NCBI GenBank assembly: GCA_030765185.1
Contig: JAVCDE010000003.1
Coordinates: forward strand, 128,038-192,037
DNA length: 64,000 nucleotides
Direction: 5' to 3'
Origin: Candidatus Aceula meridiana
Lineage (GTDB): Bacteria; Omnitrophota; Gorgyraeia; Zapsychrales; Aceulaceae
Shown: positions 50,344 through 60,550 of the stretch, in pieces
Layout of the letters: each line of letters starts with the position of its first letter
Numbering within the stretch: position 1 is the stretch's first letter
Made by a program: the position numbers and the translations under genes
Notes under the pieces: model-generated
What the model was told of the DNA's origin: nothing
What the model saw: only the letters and a program-made list of their open reading frames with translations
Databases searched by the model: none

Positions 50344-51639
50344 ATGAGTAAGTCAAAATTTTTAGCTCCTAGAGGTACGTCAGATATTCTTCCCTCACAA
50401 GCCATTGTATGGCAAGAACTCGAGTCAAAAGCTCGAGAACTTTTCTGTCTATATAATTACCGTGAGATTCGAACTCCTATTTTTGAAGAAATTGAGCTTT
50501 TTGCCCGTTCTATGGGCCAGGCTAGCGATATTGTTGAAAAGCAAATGCTAACACTTGAAAAGAATAAAAGAGAAGGTGAGGATGGCATTGGCAAGAAAAG
50601 TTACGCATTGCGTCCTGAAGGCACTGCTTCTGTTGTACGTGCTTATATTGAAAATAATTTAGATAAAAAAGAAAGCCTTTCAAAGTTATTTTATATCGGT
50701 CCGATGTTCCGCGGCGAGCGCCCTCAAAAAGGACGGTTACGTCAATTTTCTCAAATAGGCGCAGAAGCTATTGGTGTGCAAAGCGCGACACCTTTTTTAG
50801 ATGCGGAAATGATTGCCTTAAGCGTTAATTTGCTTAAAGCTTTTGGCATTGAGGACTACACTTTAAAGTTAAATAGCTTGGGCACGCCAAAAGATAAAGA
50901 GAAATTTGCTTCCAGCTTGCGTGCTAAGTTAGGCGTAAAAAAAGAATCACTCTGTCAGACTTGTCAGAAAAGATTTGAAAAGAATATTTTTCGTGTTTTA
51001 GATTGCAAAAACAAAAATTGCCAAGAGATTGTCTCTGCCTTGAAGATTAGTAATGATTATTTGTCTAAAGAGAGCCAAGAATATTTTAATTTGGTAATAG
51101 GCTCCTTAGATAAGATGAGTATTCAATATCAAAAGATGCCAACTTTGGTGAGAGGGCTTGATTATTACACGCAAACGGTTTTTGAAATTACTTCTAAAAG
51201 CTTAGGCAGCCAAGATGCCCTAGGCGCCGGAGGACGGTATAACAATTTAGTTCAAGACTTAGGTGGCAGTGGCGATGTTGAAGCGATTGGTTTTTCTTTA
51301 GGTGTCGAGCGTATTTTGTTGGCTTTAGATGATCAGGAAATATCTAATAAACCTTTGGACATTTATGCCGTTGCCTTTGATAATAAAGCTTTCGAAAAAG
51401 CCTTCGAGGTGTTAGGTGTTTTACGCGCTCAAGGCATTTGTTGTGATATTAATTATCGCGCGGGCTCTGTCAAAAGTCAGATGCGTGCTGCCGATAAATC
51501 AGGAACAAGATACGTTATGATTTTAGGTGAAGATGAAATGAAAAAAAGCATTGCCACGTTAAAAGACATGCAGTCTGGCACTCAAGAAGAAGTTGCTCTT
51601 AATAATGTTGCGGATTGGATAAAAGCAAAATCATGCTAA
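50344..51639 (+). CDS. hisS: Histidine--tRNA ligase
   Basis: LRPEGTA, FRGERPQKGRLRQF, LVRGLDYYT, GGRY. Confidence 0.97.
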   Translation: MSKSKFLAPRGTSDILPSQAIVWQELESKARELFCLYNYREIRTPIFEEIELFARSMGQASDIVEKQMLTLEKNKREGEDGIGKKSYALRPEGTASVVRAYIENNLDKKESLSKLFYIGPMFRGERPQKGRLRQFSQIGAEAIGVQSATPFLDAEMIALSVNLLKAFGIEDYTLKLNSLGTPKDKEKFASSLRAKLGVKKESLCQTCQKRFEKNIFRVLDCKNKNCQEIVSALKISNDYLSKESQEYFNLVIGSLDKMSIQYQKMPTLVRGLDYYTQTVFEITSKSLGSQDALGAGGRYNNLVQDLGGSGDVEAIGFSLGVERILLALDDQEISNKPLDIYAVAFDNKAFEKAFEVLGVLRAQGICCDINYRAGSVKSQMRAADKSGTRYVMILGEDEMKKSIATLKDMQSGTQEEVALNNVADWIKAKSC

Positions 51640-53006
51640 GAACACATACTTGCGGGGAATTGAATAAAGAATATAAAGATAAAGAAGTTGTTTTATGCGG
51701 ATGGGTTCACCGCAGGCGCGATCATGGGAAATTAATTTTTATTGATATCCGCGACCGCTATGGTTTGACACAGATTGTTTTTGTCCCATCGGTAAGCAAA
51801 GAAGCGCACGATGAGGCTCAAAAGCTTGGGCCTGAATTTGTTGTGAAAGTTACCGGCACGGTTAATGTTAGGCCTGAGAAGAATGTGAATCCTGATCTTT
51901 CCACCGGGGACATGGAAGTTTGCGCCACAGGCCTTGAAATTTTAAATTCGTCAGAGGTTCCTGTCTTTGAGGTTGATGACACTGCTGATGTTTCCGAAGA
52001 ATTAAGATTAACCTATCGTTATTTGGATTTGCGCCGAGAAAAACTTCTTAATTCCCTTAAGCTACGACATAAACTTTGCGCGGTAATACATAGTTTTTTA
52101 GACAAGCAGGAATTTCTTGAAATTGAGACTCCGGTTTTAACCAAGTCCACACCCGAAGGGGCAAGGGATTTTTTAGTTCCATCACGTTTAAACCCGGGAG
52201 AATTCTTTGCCCTGCCGCAATCACCGCAGCTTTTTAAGCAAATTTTGATGGTTTCCGGCTTGGACAAGTATTATCAAATTGTTAAGTGTTTTCGCGATGA
52301 AGATCTTCGTGCTGACCGTCAGCCAGAATTCACTCAGCTAGATATGGAGATGTCGTTTGCTGAGGAAGAGGATGTCTTTGATGTGACGGAACGCATGTTT
52401 AAAATTATTTTTAAAGAACTTAAAGGTATTGATATCAAAACACCGTTTGCGCGCATAACGCATAAAGAAGCCATGGATAAATATAAGTCGGATAAGCCTG
52501 ATTTGCGCAAAGAGCAGGGGGAAGATTTTGCTTTTGTCTGGGTTGTTGATTTTCCGCTTTTTAAATATAACAAAGATGAAAAAAAATGGGATAGTGAACA
52601 TCATCCTTTCACATCTTTTCGTGAAGAAGACTCAGGACTTTTAGAGGGTAAGGACTTAGATAAGATTCGCTCTCGATCTTATGACTTAGTTTTAAATGGA
52701 AATGAGATTGGAAGCGGTTCTGTTCGTATTCATAAACAAGATGTACAACAGAAAATATTTGATATAATAGGATTTGACCAAGAAGAGGCTCAGAAGCGTT
52801 TTGGGTTTCTGCTAAAAGCTTTTCAGTATGGCGCGCCGCCTCACGCGGGCGTGGCTTATGGCATTGATAGGCTTGTGGCAATCATGGCAGGTTTGGATTC
52901 TATTAGAGACACTATTGCTTTTCCAAAAACACAAAAGGGAAATTGTTTGTTAACCGATGCTCCGGCAGAAATTGACGCAAAGCAATTAAAAGATTTAGGG
53001 CTTTAA
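51633..53006 (+). CDS. aspS: Aspartate--tRNA ligase, bacterial type lacking the GAD domain
   Basis: MLRTHTCGEL, RRDHG, PEGARDF, PQSPQLFKQ, FRDEDLRADRQPEF, GAPPHAG; only ~457 aa. Confidence 0.93.
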   Translation: MLRTHTCGELNKEYKDKEVVLCGWVHRRRDHGKLIFIDIRDRYGLTQIVFVPSVSKEAHDEAQKLGPEFVVKVTGTVNVRPEKNVNPDLSTGDMEVCATGLEILNSSEVPVFEVDDTADVSEELRLTYRYLDLRREKLLNSLKLRHKLCAVIHSFLDKQEFLEIETPVLTKSTPEGARDFLVPSRLNPGEFFALPQSPQLFKQILMVSGLDKYYQIVKCFRDEDLRADRQPEFTQLDMEMSFAEEEDVFDVTERMFKIIFKELKGIDIKTPFARITHKEAMDKYKSDKPDLRKEQGEDFAFVWVVDFPLFKYNKDEKKWDSEHHPFTSFREEDSGLLEGKDLDKIRSRSYDLVLNGNEIGSGSVRIHKQDVQQKIFDIIGFDQEEAQKRFGFLLKAFQYGAPPHAGVAYGIDRLVAIMAGLDSIRDTIAFPKTQKGNCLLTDAPAEIDAKQLKDLGL

Positions 53007-53039
53007 AAGTCATAATATATTAACTTAGGGGAGGGAAAA

Positions 53040-53558
53040 ATGTCAAAGAATATCATTAAAGGTTTAGCGCTTGTTTGTGTTGTTTTATTGTTAGCTAGCT
53101 GCACTATGAAAACTTATGTACAAGACAAAGCCCGTGTTGACCAAGAGATGCAGGGCAACGCTGGGTGCCTAAGCGGAGAGTGTCCGGATAGAGGTGATTA
53201 CAAGCCAACGCGAAGGACTTATGTTTTAGAAGTTCAAACAAAGCCTAAGGTTAATACAGAAGAATATATCACGGAAGAGACAACCTATGCCTCTGATTAT
53301 GATGGGGTTAAAACATCAACTACAACGAGGTCTTTTTCGTCCTCTGAAAATGAACCTAAAGTGATTTACGAACCTGCAGAAACAGAAGCCGCCATTATCG
53401 ACTATACAGTTCAAAAAGGCGATACCTTGCAGAAAATTTCTAAGAAAATTTATGATACCTATAAGCGCTGGTATGAAATTTATGATTTAAACAAAGACAC
53501 GCTTTCTAGTCCAGACCGTATCAAGCCAGGTATGATTATTAAAATAAGAGAGAGATAA
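53040..53558 (+). CDS. LysM-domain lipoprotein
   Basis: Lipobox LASC; C-terminal YTVQKGDTLQKIS...IYDLN...PDRIKPG. Confidence 0.88.
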   Translation: MSKNIIKGLALVCVVLLLASCTMKTYVQDKARVDQEMQGNAGCLSGECPDRGDYKPTRRTYVLEVQTKPKVNTEEYITEETTYASDYDGVKTSTTTRSFSSSENEPKVIYEPAETEAAIIDYTVQKGDTLQKISKKIYDTYKRWYEIYDLNKDTLSSPDRIKPGMIIKIRER

Positions 53559-53568
53559 TTTAAAATTT

Positions 53569-54522
53569 ATGGAAAAGAATATTACCCTTAATGATAATCA
53601 GGACCTGCAGCTTCTTTTTGGTAAATACGATCAGAATTTAAAGCTAATTGAAAAAGAGCTTTCTGTTCAGATTGTGCGCAGTCAAGAAGGATTAAAGATT
53701 ATCGGAGATGACAATAAAGTTGAACTTGCCGAAGGCCTCTTGGATTATCTTTCTGATTTTGTTAAGAATGGCCAAGAAGTTAAGCGTTATGATGTCTTGT
53801 ACGCGTTAAAATTATCCGATCCTGAAAAAGGCGTTGATTTTAAACGTCTTTCAAAACGTAAAATTCCTGTCGCCACTAAAAAGGGTGCGGTGGTAACACC
53901 CAAAACTAAAGGTCAGGTTGAATATGTTGAGACGATTAAGCAAAATGATATCGTCTTTGGCATCGGGCCGGCAGGAACAGGAAAAACGTATCTGGCGATG
54001 GCTATGGCGGTTAACGCTCTTCAAAAAGGATTAGTCCGACGCATCATCTTAACGCGTCCTGCTATTGAAGCCGGAGAAAGCCTTGGGTTTTTGCCGGGGG
54101 ACATGGTAGAGAAAGTAACGCCGTATCTTAGGCCTTTGTACGATGCGCTTTATGACATGGTTGATGCCGAACGCGTTGAGCAACATGCTGAAAAAGGCAT
54201 TATTGAGGTAGCCCCGTTAGCCTATATGCGAGGGCGTACCTTAAATGATGCTTTTGTTATTTTAGATGAGGCGCAAAATTGTACATCAGATCAAATGAAA
54301 ATGTTTCTGACACGGCTTGGGTTTGATTCCAAAGCTGTTATCACTGGAGATATTACTCAGAGCGACCTTCGCCCTGGAGAGGAATGCGGCTTAGTTGCTG
54401 CTCAAAAGATTTTAAAAGATGTTGAGGGAATCAAGTTTGCTTATTTAACCGGAGAAGATGTAGTGCGCCATGAATTGGTGCAACGTATTATCGAGGCCTA
54501 TGAAAAGTCGAATCATAAGTAA
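53569..54522 (+). CDS. phoH: PhoH-family ATPase
   Basis: GPAGTGKT, RPAIEAGESLGFLPG, AYMRGRTL, DEAQN. Confidence 0.94.
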   Translation: MEKNITLNDNQDLQLLFGKYDQNLKLIEKELSVQIVRSQEGLKIIGDDNKVELAEGLLDYLSDFVKNGQEVKRYDVLYALKLSDPEKGVDFKRLSKRKIPVATKKGAVVTPKTKGQVEYVETIKQNDIVFGIGPAGTGKTYLAMAMAVNALQKGLVRRIILTRPAIEAGESLGFLPGDMVEKVTPYLRPLYDALYDMVDAERVEQHAEKGIIEVAPLAYMRGRTLNDAFVILDEAQNCTSDQMKMFLTRLGFDSKAVITGDITQSDLRPGEECGLVAAQKILKDVEGIKFAYLTGEDVVRHELVQRIIEAYEKSNHK

Positions 54523-55936
54523 TCTTAAAGTTTCTCAGGTTGTTATTACTGCTGTCATTATTCTTGCGATGGCATTGTTTTGCCTAGCGTCAGGATTTTC
54601 TCTTGAGATCCCGTTTTTGTTTCTTTTGACCGCACTTTATTTTCTTTTTTTAGAAAGAGCCAGCGGCAAACTTTTTTTGCAGGTTGGACTGCTAATATTG
54701 ACTGTTATGTTCATCACACACACTGTAATGAATTATACAAGTCTCAGTGTGTTTTTAGTTCCAGTGGCTTTTGTTGGAATGCTGGTGATGCTTTTATTTA
54801 ATGATTTACATCTTGCTTTTATCGCTGCATTATTGTCGAGCGCTGTTGTTGGGCTAATTATTGGCAATAGGCTTGATTTGGTTCTTACCTTTTTTACTGG
54901 AAGTTTGGTTGGGATATTTTCCGTTAAAGATTCCCGCACGCGTTCCGAGTTGATTAATGCTGGTTTTTTTATAGGTGTAGCACAGCTTGTATCTGTCATC
55001 TTGTTTAATCCTTCTAGAGAATTTATTTTCTCTGTCAATTTTGCGTCAGATTATTTAAGGCCGTTTCTTTTAAATGGTGTTATTTGCGCGTTCGGTGTTG
55101 TCGCTACGCTAAAGATTTTTGAAAATCTTTTTCATGTGGTGACTAATTTTTCGCTTTTAGAACTATCAGATTTTAATCATCCGCTTTTAAAGCGGATGAT
55201 TTTAGAAGCTCCGGGAACATATCACCATAGCCTTTTTGTCAGCAACATGGCTGAGGCCGCGGCGGATAGCGTTGGGGCTAATGCTCTTTTGGCAAGAGTA
55301 GGAGCTTATTATCATGATATTGGAAAATTGGAGAAGCCGGAATATTTTACAGAAAATCAGATTTTTGAAACAAACAAACATGACCGACTTGAACCTTCAA
55401 TGAGCCGTCTTGTTATTTTAAACCATGTTAAGGATGGGGTAGAGCTTGCTAAGAAATATAAGCTAAATCCGGCTCTTATTGATTTTATCGCGCAGCATCA
55501 TGGCACAAGCTTGATGTATTATTTTTATCAAAAGGCAGTCTCGGATGCTGAAGAAGGCGAAAAAGTTGAAGAGCAAACATTTCGCTATCCTGGGCCTAAG
55601 CCGCAGACGCGTGAGACAGCCATTGTCCTTTTAGCAGACTCTGTTGAAGGTGCTTGTCGCGCCTTAGATGAGCCTACACCGTCTCGGATTAACGAAACAG
55701 TTCACAAAATCGTTAACAATAAATTCATCGATGGACAGCTAGATGACTGCAATTTAACTTTAAAAGATTTAGAAAAAATTAGCTCAACGTTCTCCCGCGT
55801 ATTAAGCGCGATGCATCACACACGTATTAAATATCCAGAGAAAAAAGATGCCACTGCAAATAACCGTAAAAAATTTTCAGAAGCGAATTCGTCTAAGTTC
55901 CCCTCAAGTCGTCCAAAAGACCAAAAAAATTCTTAA
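54500..55936 (+). CDS. Membrane HD-family phosphohydrolase (7TM-HD, PgpH-like)
   Basis: TM region then EAPGTYHHS, YYHDIGK, HHGT, YPGPKPQ, LADSVE; between phoH and ybeY. Confidence 0.88.
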   Translation: MKSRIISNLKVSQVVITAVIILAMALFCLASGFSLEIPFLFLLTALYFLFLERASGKLFLQVGLLILTVMFITHTVMNYTSLSVFLVPVAFVGMLVMLLFNDLHLAFIAALLSSAVVGLIIGNRLDLVLTFFTGSLVGIFSVKDSRTRSELINAGFFIGVAQLVSVILFNPSREFIFSVNFASDYLRPFLLNGVICAFGVVATLKIFENLFHVVTNFSLLELSDFNHPLLKRMILEAPGTYHHSLFVSNMAEAAADSVGANALLARVGAYYHDIGKLEKPEYFTENQIFETNKHDRLEPSMSRLVILNHVKDGVELAKKYKLNPALIDFIAQHHGTSLMYYFYQKAVSDAEEGEKVEEQTFRYPGPKPQTRETAIVLLADSVEGACRALDEPTPSRINETVHKIVNNKFIDGQLDDCNLTLKDLEKISSTFSRVLSAMHHTRIKYPEKKDATANNRKKFSEANSSKFPSSRPKDQKNS

Positions 55937-56276
55937 AAAAGAGCGTATCACCAACGCGGATCTTTCTTTGGTTTTTGTTTCAGACCAGAAAATTAAAATT
56001 TTAAATAAAAAATATCTTAAGCATAATTATGTGACGGATGTTTTAGCTTTTGATTTAAGAGAGGATTTAAAAGATAAGAAAGTGACAGGGGAGATTATTA
56101 TTTCAACCGGACGAGTCGTCGAAAATGCCAAGAAATACAAAACTTCCCAAGCCTATGAGCTTATTTATTATGTCATCCACGGCATTTTGCATCTTTTAGG
56201 TTATCGGGACCATGACCCAGAAGATATCAATCGCATCCGCGCGAAAGAACAACAACTCCTAAAGTATTTAACATGA
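55848..56276 (+). CDS. ybeY: rRNA maturation RNase YbeY
   Basis: TDVLAF, HGILHLLGYRDH. Confidence 0.93.
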   Translation: MPLQITVKNFQKRIRLSSPQVVQKTKKILKKERITNADLSLVFVSDQKIKILNKKYLKHNYVTDVLAFDLREDLKDKKVTGEIIISTGRVVENAKKYKTSQAYELIYYVIHGILHLLGYRDHDPEDINRIRAKEQQLLKYLT

Positions 56277-57013
56277 TTTTAAAAGCCGAAGGCATTGTTC
56301 TAAAGACTTTTAATTTTCGCGAGACAAGTTGCATCGTGACTTTTTTTACTAAAGAGCATGGTAAAATTAAAGGTGTTTTAAAGGGAATCCGCAAAGACCC
56401 CAAGAAATTTGGCAGCCATGTCGATAAGTTTTCTGTTAATCAGCTCGTTTACTATACCCACCGCAATAATGATCTTCACTTGGTCAGTCATTGTGATTTA
56501 ACAAGCTTTTTCTTTTTAATTCGAAAGAATTTAAGACGTACTTTAGCCGCTAGCTATGCGTTGGAGTTGGTAGACTCGATTATGCCCACAGAAGAGAAGA
56601 ATATAAAAGTTTACCAGCTTCTCATTAATTTTTTGACCGAGTTAGAAGAGATAAAAGATATTAACCGTTTGGTTCATATTTTTCAAATAAAAATTCTTTC
56701 TCATTCTGGATTTAAGCCTTTTTTAGACTCTTGCGTAGTGTGCCAAAAGCACATTGTTCCAAGCATGAAGTTTAGCATGAAGCTGGGTGGGCTTTTGTGT
56801 CCGGATTGTTTTGCCAATGATCGGGACGCGCGTATCATTTCAAGAGGGGCGATTGCTTCGCTGACGCATATCGAAAGCAATGATTGGAAAAAGGCTTTGC
56901 GCCTAAAATTGACTCAGCCCGTTCAAAAAGAATTAAAAGTTGTCCTCAACAATTTTCTCGTTTTTCATCTTGAGAAACATATCAAAAGCGAAAAATATCT
57001 GAGCGCTCGATAA
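56273..57013 (+). CDS. recO: DNA repair protein RecO
   Basis: EGIVLK...ETS.IV..FT.EHGK OB fold, CVVC..CPDC zinc finger. Confidence 0.93.
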   Translation: MILKAEGIVLKTFNFRETSCIVTFFTKEHGKIKGVLKGIRKDPKKFGSHVDKFSVNQLVYYTHRNNDLHLVSHCDLTSFFFLIRKNLRRTLAASYALELVDSIMPTEEKNIKVYQLLINFLTELEEIKDINRLVHIFQIKILSHSGFKPFLDSCVVCQKHIVPSMKFSMKLGGLLCPDCFANDRDARIISRGAIASLTHIESNDWKKALRLKLTQPVQKELKVVLNNFLVFHLEKHIKSEKYLSAR

Positions 57014-57155
57014 GGTTTTATCGAGTACTCGTCCTGAAGATAAGTTCGAAGGACGAATCGAAGGATTTCCTTACTATTTTTAGGCTTTAATCCCCCTAGA
57101 AACTTTTAAGCTTTGGAAATAAATTTTGTTTTCTGTTCGGGAGGAAGCCTTGCCC

Positions 57156-59351
57156 TTAAGTTGATCGGGCTCCACTTTTATAGTGTTTTTTGACCTGCAG
57201 GAGGATATCTTTGGCAAGGGTTTTTCCAATTTGGGCAACAGATGCTAAATCATCAGGGTCGATGGTTTTAAAATCAGGAAAACGTCGGAATCCTTTTGCA
57301 AAAAGGTTGCGCGCGCGAATGCGTCCAACGCCCTTAAGAAGGACAAGTTCTAAAAGTTCTTCCTTTATTCCATAGCGTACACGGTTTTTAAGGTCTTCAA
57401 CAATAAAGGTCAGACGCTTGAAACCAAGAAGTTCCGCGATGACTGAAGTGGCGTGAAGAATCCATCGTGCTGATTCAACATGGCGATGAATATCGCCAGG
57501 CCCAATATTAAATTGGTCACAGAGATCTTCTTCTTTTTCTTCCTCAGCCCAAGAAGAGAGCATCCAAGTTGTTTTGAGGGTAATGAGATGAAAAAAAAAG
57601 TCTTCTAAGTCGGGAAGGTCTCTGTTGGTGAGAATCAAATCATCTTGAAACTGTGCGGCAAAATGTTCGAGTTCGATGTAATCATTCTTGCCAATGCCTC
57701 TTAAGCGGTCAACATCCGGCGTGCAGCAAATTAGATGCAAAAGTCCGATGCTTGAGGCAGGGGCTTCACCTTTGTCAATTTTCTGAAGTCCACTTCGAAG
57801 AATGATTCCGGTAATCGGATCAATGTACAGACGGCTGACGCATTGGCCAAAGGTTGTGGCAAAATACCGAAAACCACTTTTTTCAATGAAACCTTCAACT
57901 TCTAAGAATTCAAAAATATGGCTAATTAATTCAATCAAATTTGGTGTGCGTTTTTGATGTGCCAAAAATGTGTGTGAGATAAAATCAAACATTTCGTTGA
58001 CATTGTGCACGTGACCTGCAGAAATTGATGCTAGGATATGCATGCGAAGCGCAGATTCGCTTCCAAGCTTTGAGATAACAGGTTCGGGGTCAGCGTTAAT
58101 GTATTTATCGAAAAGCAGCCGGGATTCAGATAAAGTTTTTGCAATAATGACTGATTCGCCAAATTCATCATAGCCGGGACGGCCGGCACGGCCTGCGCAT
58201 TGTTTGTATTCGGATGTTGGAATATAGGTTGCGCCTAAGCCTGCCTCATAGCGTTTGGAATCACGCAAAATAGTTCGTCTCGCCGGAAGATTGACTCCGG
58301 CAGCTAAGGTGGGCGTTGAACAAATAATTTTGATGAGATTATTTTTAAAATTCTGTTCAATAAGCTTGCGCTGATTAGGCCTTAAGCCTGCATGATGAAA
58401 AGCAACGCCATTTTTTAAAACATTTGCTAATTTTTTGCAAATTTTTGTTGTCTCGCCAGATTTGCCTAATACTTCTTTAGAGAGAAGATTAAGTTTTCTT
58501 TTTTCTTCGGGATTGAGAAGCTGACCGGCTGCACTACTAACGACGAGACTGGAAGCCTGGGCTGAGCGACGGCTATTTACAAAAACAAGAACTTGTCCTT
58601 TGCTTCGTAAGGTGTCTAAGGCAAGCTTGCTCAAATCATCAGGTGGCTCTTCTTTGACCATGCGCTTTGCTTCGTTGTTAAACATAATTTGCTCATTAAA
58701 ATAGACGCCTTCTTTTAAGGGGACAGGGCGCCAGGAGCTTTCTACAAAATTAGCTGAGAGCCAGTCTGCCATCTCGCTCGCATTTTTAACGGTAGCGCTT
58801 AAGGCTAGAATTTGAATATCAGGATTAAGTTGTTTAATTCGCGCTGTTAAAACTTCTAGTGTCGGCCCACGTGAACCATCATTAATAAAATGAATTTCAT
58901 CTAAGACAACAACGGATAATCCACTAATAAGCCATTTGGCACGGAAACGCAAAAGGGAGTCTACTTTTTCGGCGGTTGCAATTAAGATTTGATAACGATT
59001 AAGAGATTTGCTGGAGCTATCTAAGTCTCCGATGGCAAGCCCTACTTTAATTCCAAGGGGTTCGTATTTTTGTTTAAATTCATCGAATTTTTCACCGGCC
59101 AAGGCTTTTAAGGGAGCGATGTAAAGGCATCGGCCACCTGATTGCAGAATCGATTTTATCATGCACAGTTCTGCGATAAGAGTTTTTCCGGCAGCAGTAG
59201 GTACTGCTAAAAGGAGATTTTTCCCATTAAGGGCGCCGCTTTCAATGGCTTGTTGCTGCGGAGGGTAAAAAGTCGTAATTTTTTTGGACGTAACTGCATT
59301 AATAGCTTCTTCGGTAAATTTATATTTTTTAAGAGTTGTGCGGATTTGCAT
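57156..59351 (-). CDS. Ski2-like SF2 helicase, archaeal Hel308 type
   Basis: PTAAGKT, DEIH, LSAT, HHAGL, TPTLAAGVNLPA, GRAGRPGYD, C-terminal HhH LKGVGRIRAR; start taken at MQIRTT. Confidence 0.88.
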   Translation of the reverse strand: MQIRTTLKKYKFTEEAINAVTSKKITTFYPPQQQAIESGALNGKNLLLAVPTAAGKTLIAELCMIKSILQSGGRCLYIAPLKALAGEKFDEFKQKYEPLGIKVGLAIGDLDSSSKSLNRYQILIATAEKVDSLLRFRAKWLISGLSVVVLDEIHFINDGSRGPTLEVLTARIKQLNPDIQILALSATVKNASEMADWLSANFVESSWRPVPLKEGVYFNEQIMFNNEAKRMVKEEPPDDLSKLALDTLRSKGQVLVFVNSRRSAQASSLVVSSAAGQLLNPEEKRKLNLLSKEVLGKSGETTKICKKLANVLKNGVAFHHAGLRPNQRKLIEQNFKNNLIKIICSTPTLAAGVNLPARRTILRDSKRYEAGLGATYIPTSEYKQCAGRAGRPGYDEFGESVIIAKTLSESRLLFDKYINADPEPVISKLGSESALRMHILASISAGHVHNVNEMFDFISHTFLAHQKRTPNLIELISHIFEFLEVEGFIEKSGFRYFATTFGQCVSRLYIDPITGIILRSGLQKIDKGEAPASSIGLLHLICCTPDVDRLRGIGKNDYIELEHFAAQFQDDLILTNRDLPDLEDFFFHLITLKTTWMLSSWAEEEKEEDLCDQFNIGPGDIHRHVESARWILHATSVIAELLGFKRLTFIVEDLKNRVRYGIKEELLELVLLKGVGRIRARNLFAKGFRRFPDFKTIDPDDLASVAQIGKTLAKDILLQVKKHYKSGARST

Positions 59352-59438
59352 AAGGCATTTTATAAGTTGCTTAGTTCTAACATAAAAGTAATAAGGTGTC
59401 AATTAGCTCGGAAAGAGCTTTGCGCATGGTTATTTATA

Positions 59439-59466
59439 TTGACACTCGGTTTTTTAAATTTATAAT
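59439..59466 (+). promoter_or_regulatory. Consensus sigma70 promoter for dtd and downstream genes
   Basis: TTGACA-16bp-TATAAT. Confidence 0.8.
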
Positions 59467-59487
59467 CATTAAAAGACTATAAATATT

Positions 59488-59931
59488 ATGAGAATTGTTA
59501 TCCAAAGAGTTAAAGAATCTGAAGTTACGGTTTCAGGCCAATCGGTTGGACGCATTGGTTTAGGGCTTGTTGTCTTGTTGGCTGTTGGCAAAGATGATAC
59601 AGCAGAGGACATTGATTATTTAACAAAGAAATTAGCTGAGCTTCGCATTTTTGAGGATAAAGATGGAAAAATGAATTGCTCTATTCAAGAAGCCGGTGGG
59701 GCATTTTTGGTGGTTTCCCAGTTTACTCTTTTAGGGGATTGTAAAAAAGGAAGAAGGCCTTCATTTGACAAGGCGGCAGAACCGAAAAGAGCCGAAGAGA
59801 TGTATAATCAGTTTATCGAAAGCTTACGTTTTAAAGGTTTTAAGGTTTCTACAGGCGAGTTTCGTGCAATGATGGACGTGTCGCTGGTCAATGACGGACC
59901 GGTAACTTTTATTTTGGATAGCAAGGCTTAG
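59488..59931 (+). CDS. dtd: D-aminoacyl-tRNA deacylase
   Basis: VIQRV, LRIFED, SQFTL, GRRPSF, NDGPVT. Confidence 0.97.
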   Translation: MRIVIQRVKESEVTVSGQSVGRIGLGLVVLLAVGKDDTAEDIDYLTKKLAELRIFEDKDGKMNCSIQEAGGAFLVVSQFTLLGDCKKGRRPSFDKAAEPKRAEEMYNQFIESLRFKGFKVSTGEFRAMMDVSLVNDGPVTFILDSKA

Positions 59932-59966
59932 AATTTTAAGCTGGAGATTTTTTTTAAAGGGTTTGC

Positions 59967-60506
59967 ATGTTTAAAAAATATCGGACAGTTATCTTTTATT
60001 TATTTTTAGCTTTTTTGCCGGTTGTGAGAGGCTGTGGCCGCGGTGTGACGGAATTGTTTGATTCTTACACCCTTGGCTTTCCGTTCCCGTTTTGGGAGAT
60101 CCCTATTGATGGGGCTTCTTTTAGCAGTGTTTATACGGCCGGAATGTTTTTGCTCAATCTTGTTGTTTTATTTTTGTTCGCTAATTTTATTTTAAAAAAT
60201 TCCCAAAGAACACAACGATTTTCTTTTTTTACCAATACCGTGCCTATAAGTTTTATTATTTTTGTGATTGTTTTTATTCTTGGATATTTTGGCGGCATGG
60301 ATTTATTAGAAAACGTGTTTTATTATCCGATGAACTGGGTCAACATGCAGCTTGTAGCATTAAGTATTAAAGAATCTACACCGGATTTTATAAGATCTAT
60401 TTTTAGCGTAATGGTTTTGCATGTCACTCCTCGGATTTGGTTTATTATCGTGACCTTGATGATTATGCCATTGGTCTCTTGGGTTAGAAAAATGTTTCGA
60501 AGATAA
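59967..60506 (+). CDS. Hypothetical multi-TM membrane protein
   Basis: About 4 hydrophobic segments, LGFPFPFW motif; no recognised family. Confidence 0.7.
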   Translation: MFKKYRTVIFYLFLAFLPVVRGCGRGVTELFDSYTLGFPFPFWEIPIDGASFSSVYTAGMFLLNLVVLFLFANFILKNSQRTQRFSFFTNTVPISFIIFVIVFILGYFGGMDLLENVFYYPMNWVNMQLVALSIKESTPDFIRSIFSVMVLHVTPRIWFIIVTLMIMPLVSWVRKMFRR

Positions 60507-60550
60507 CGGGATGGGAAATTTGAAGTGTTTTAATAAGAAAAGTGTCTTAG

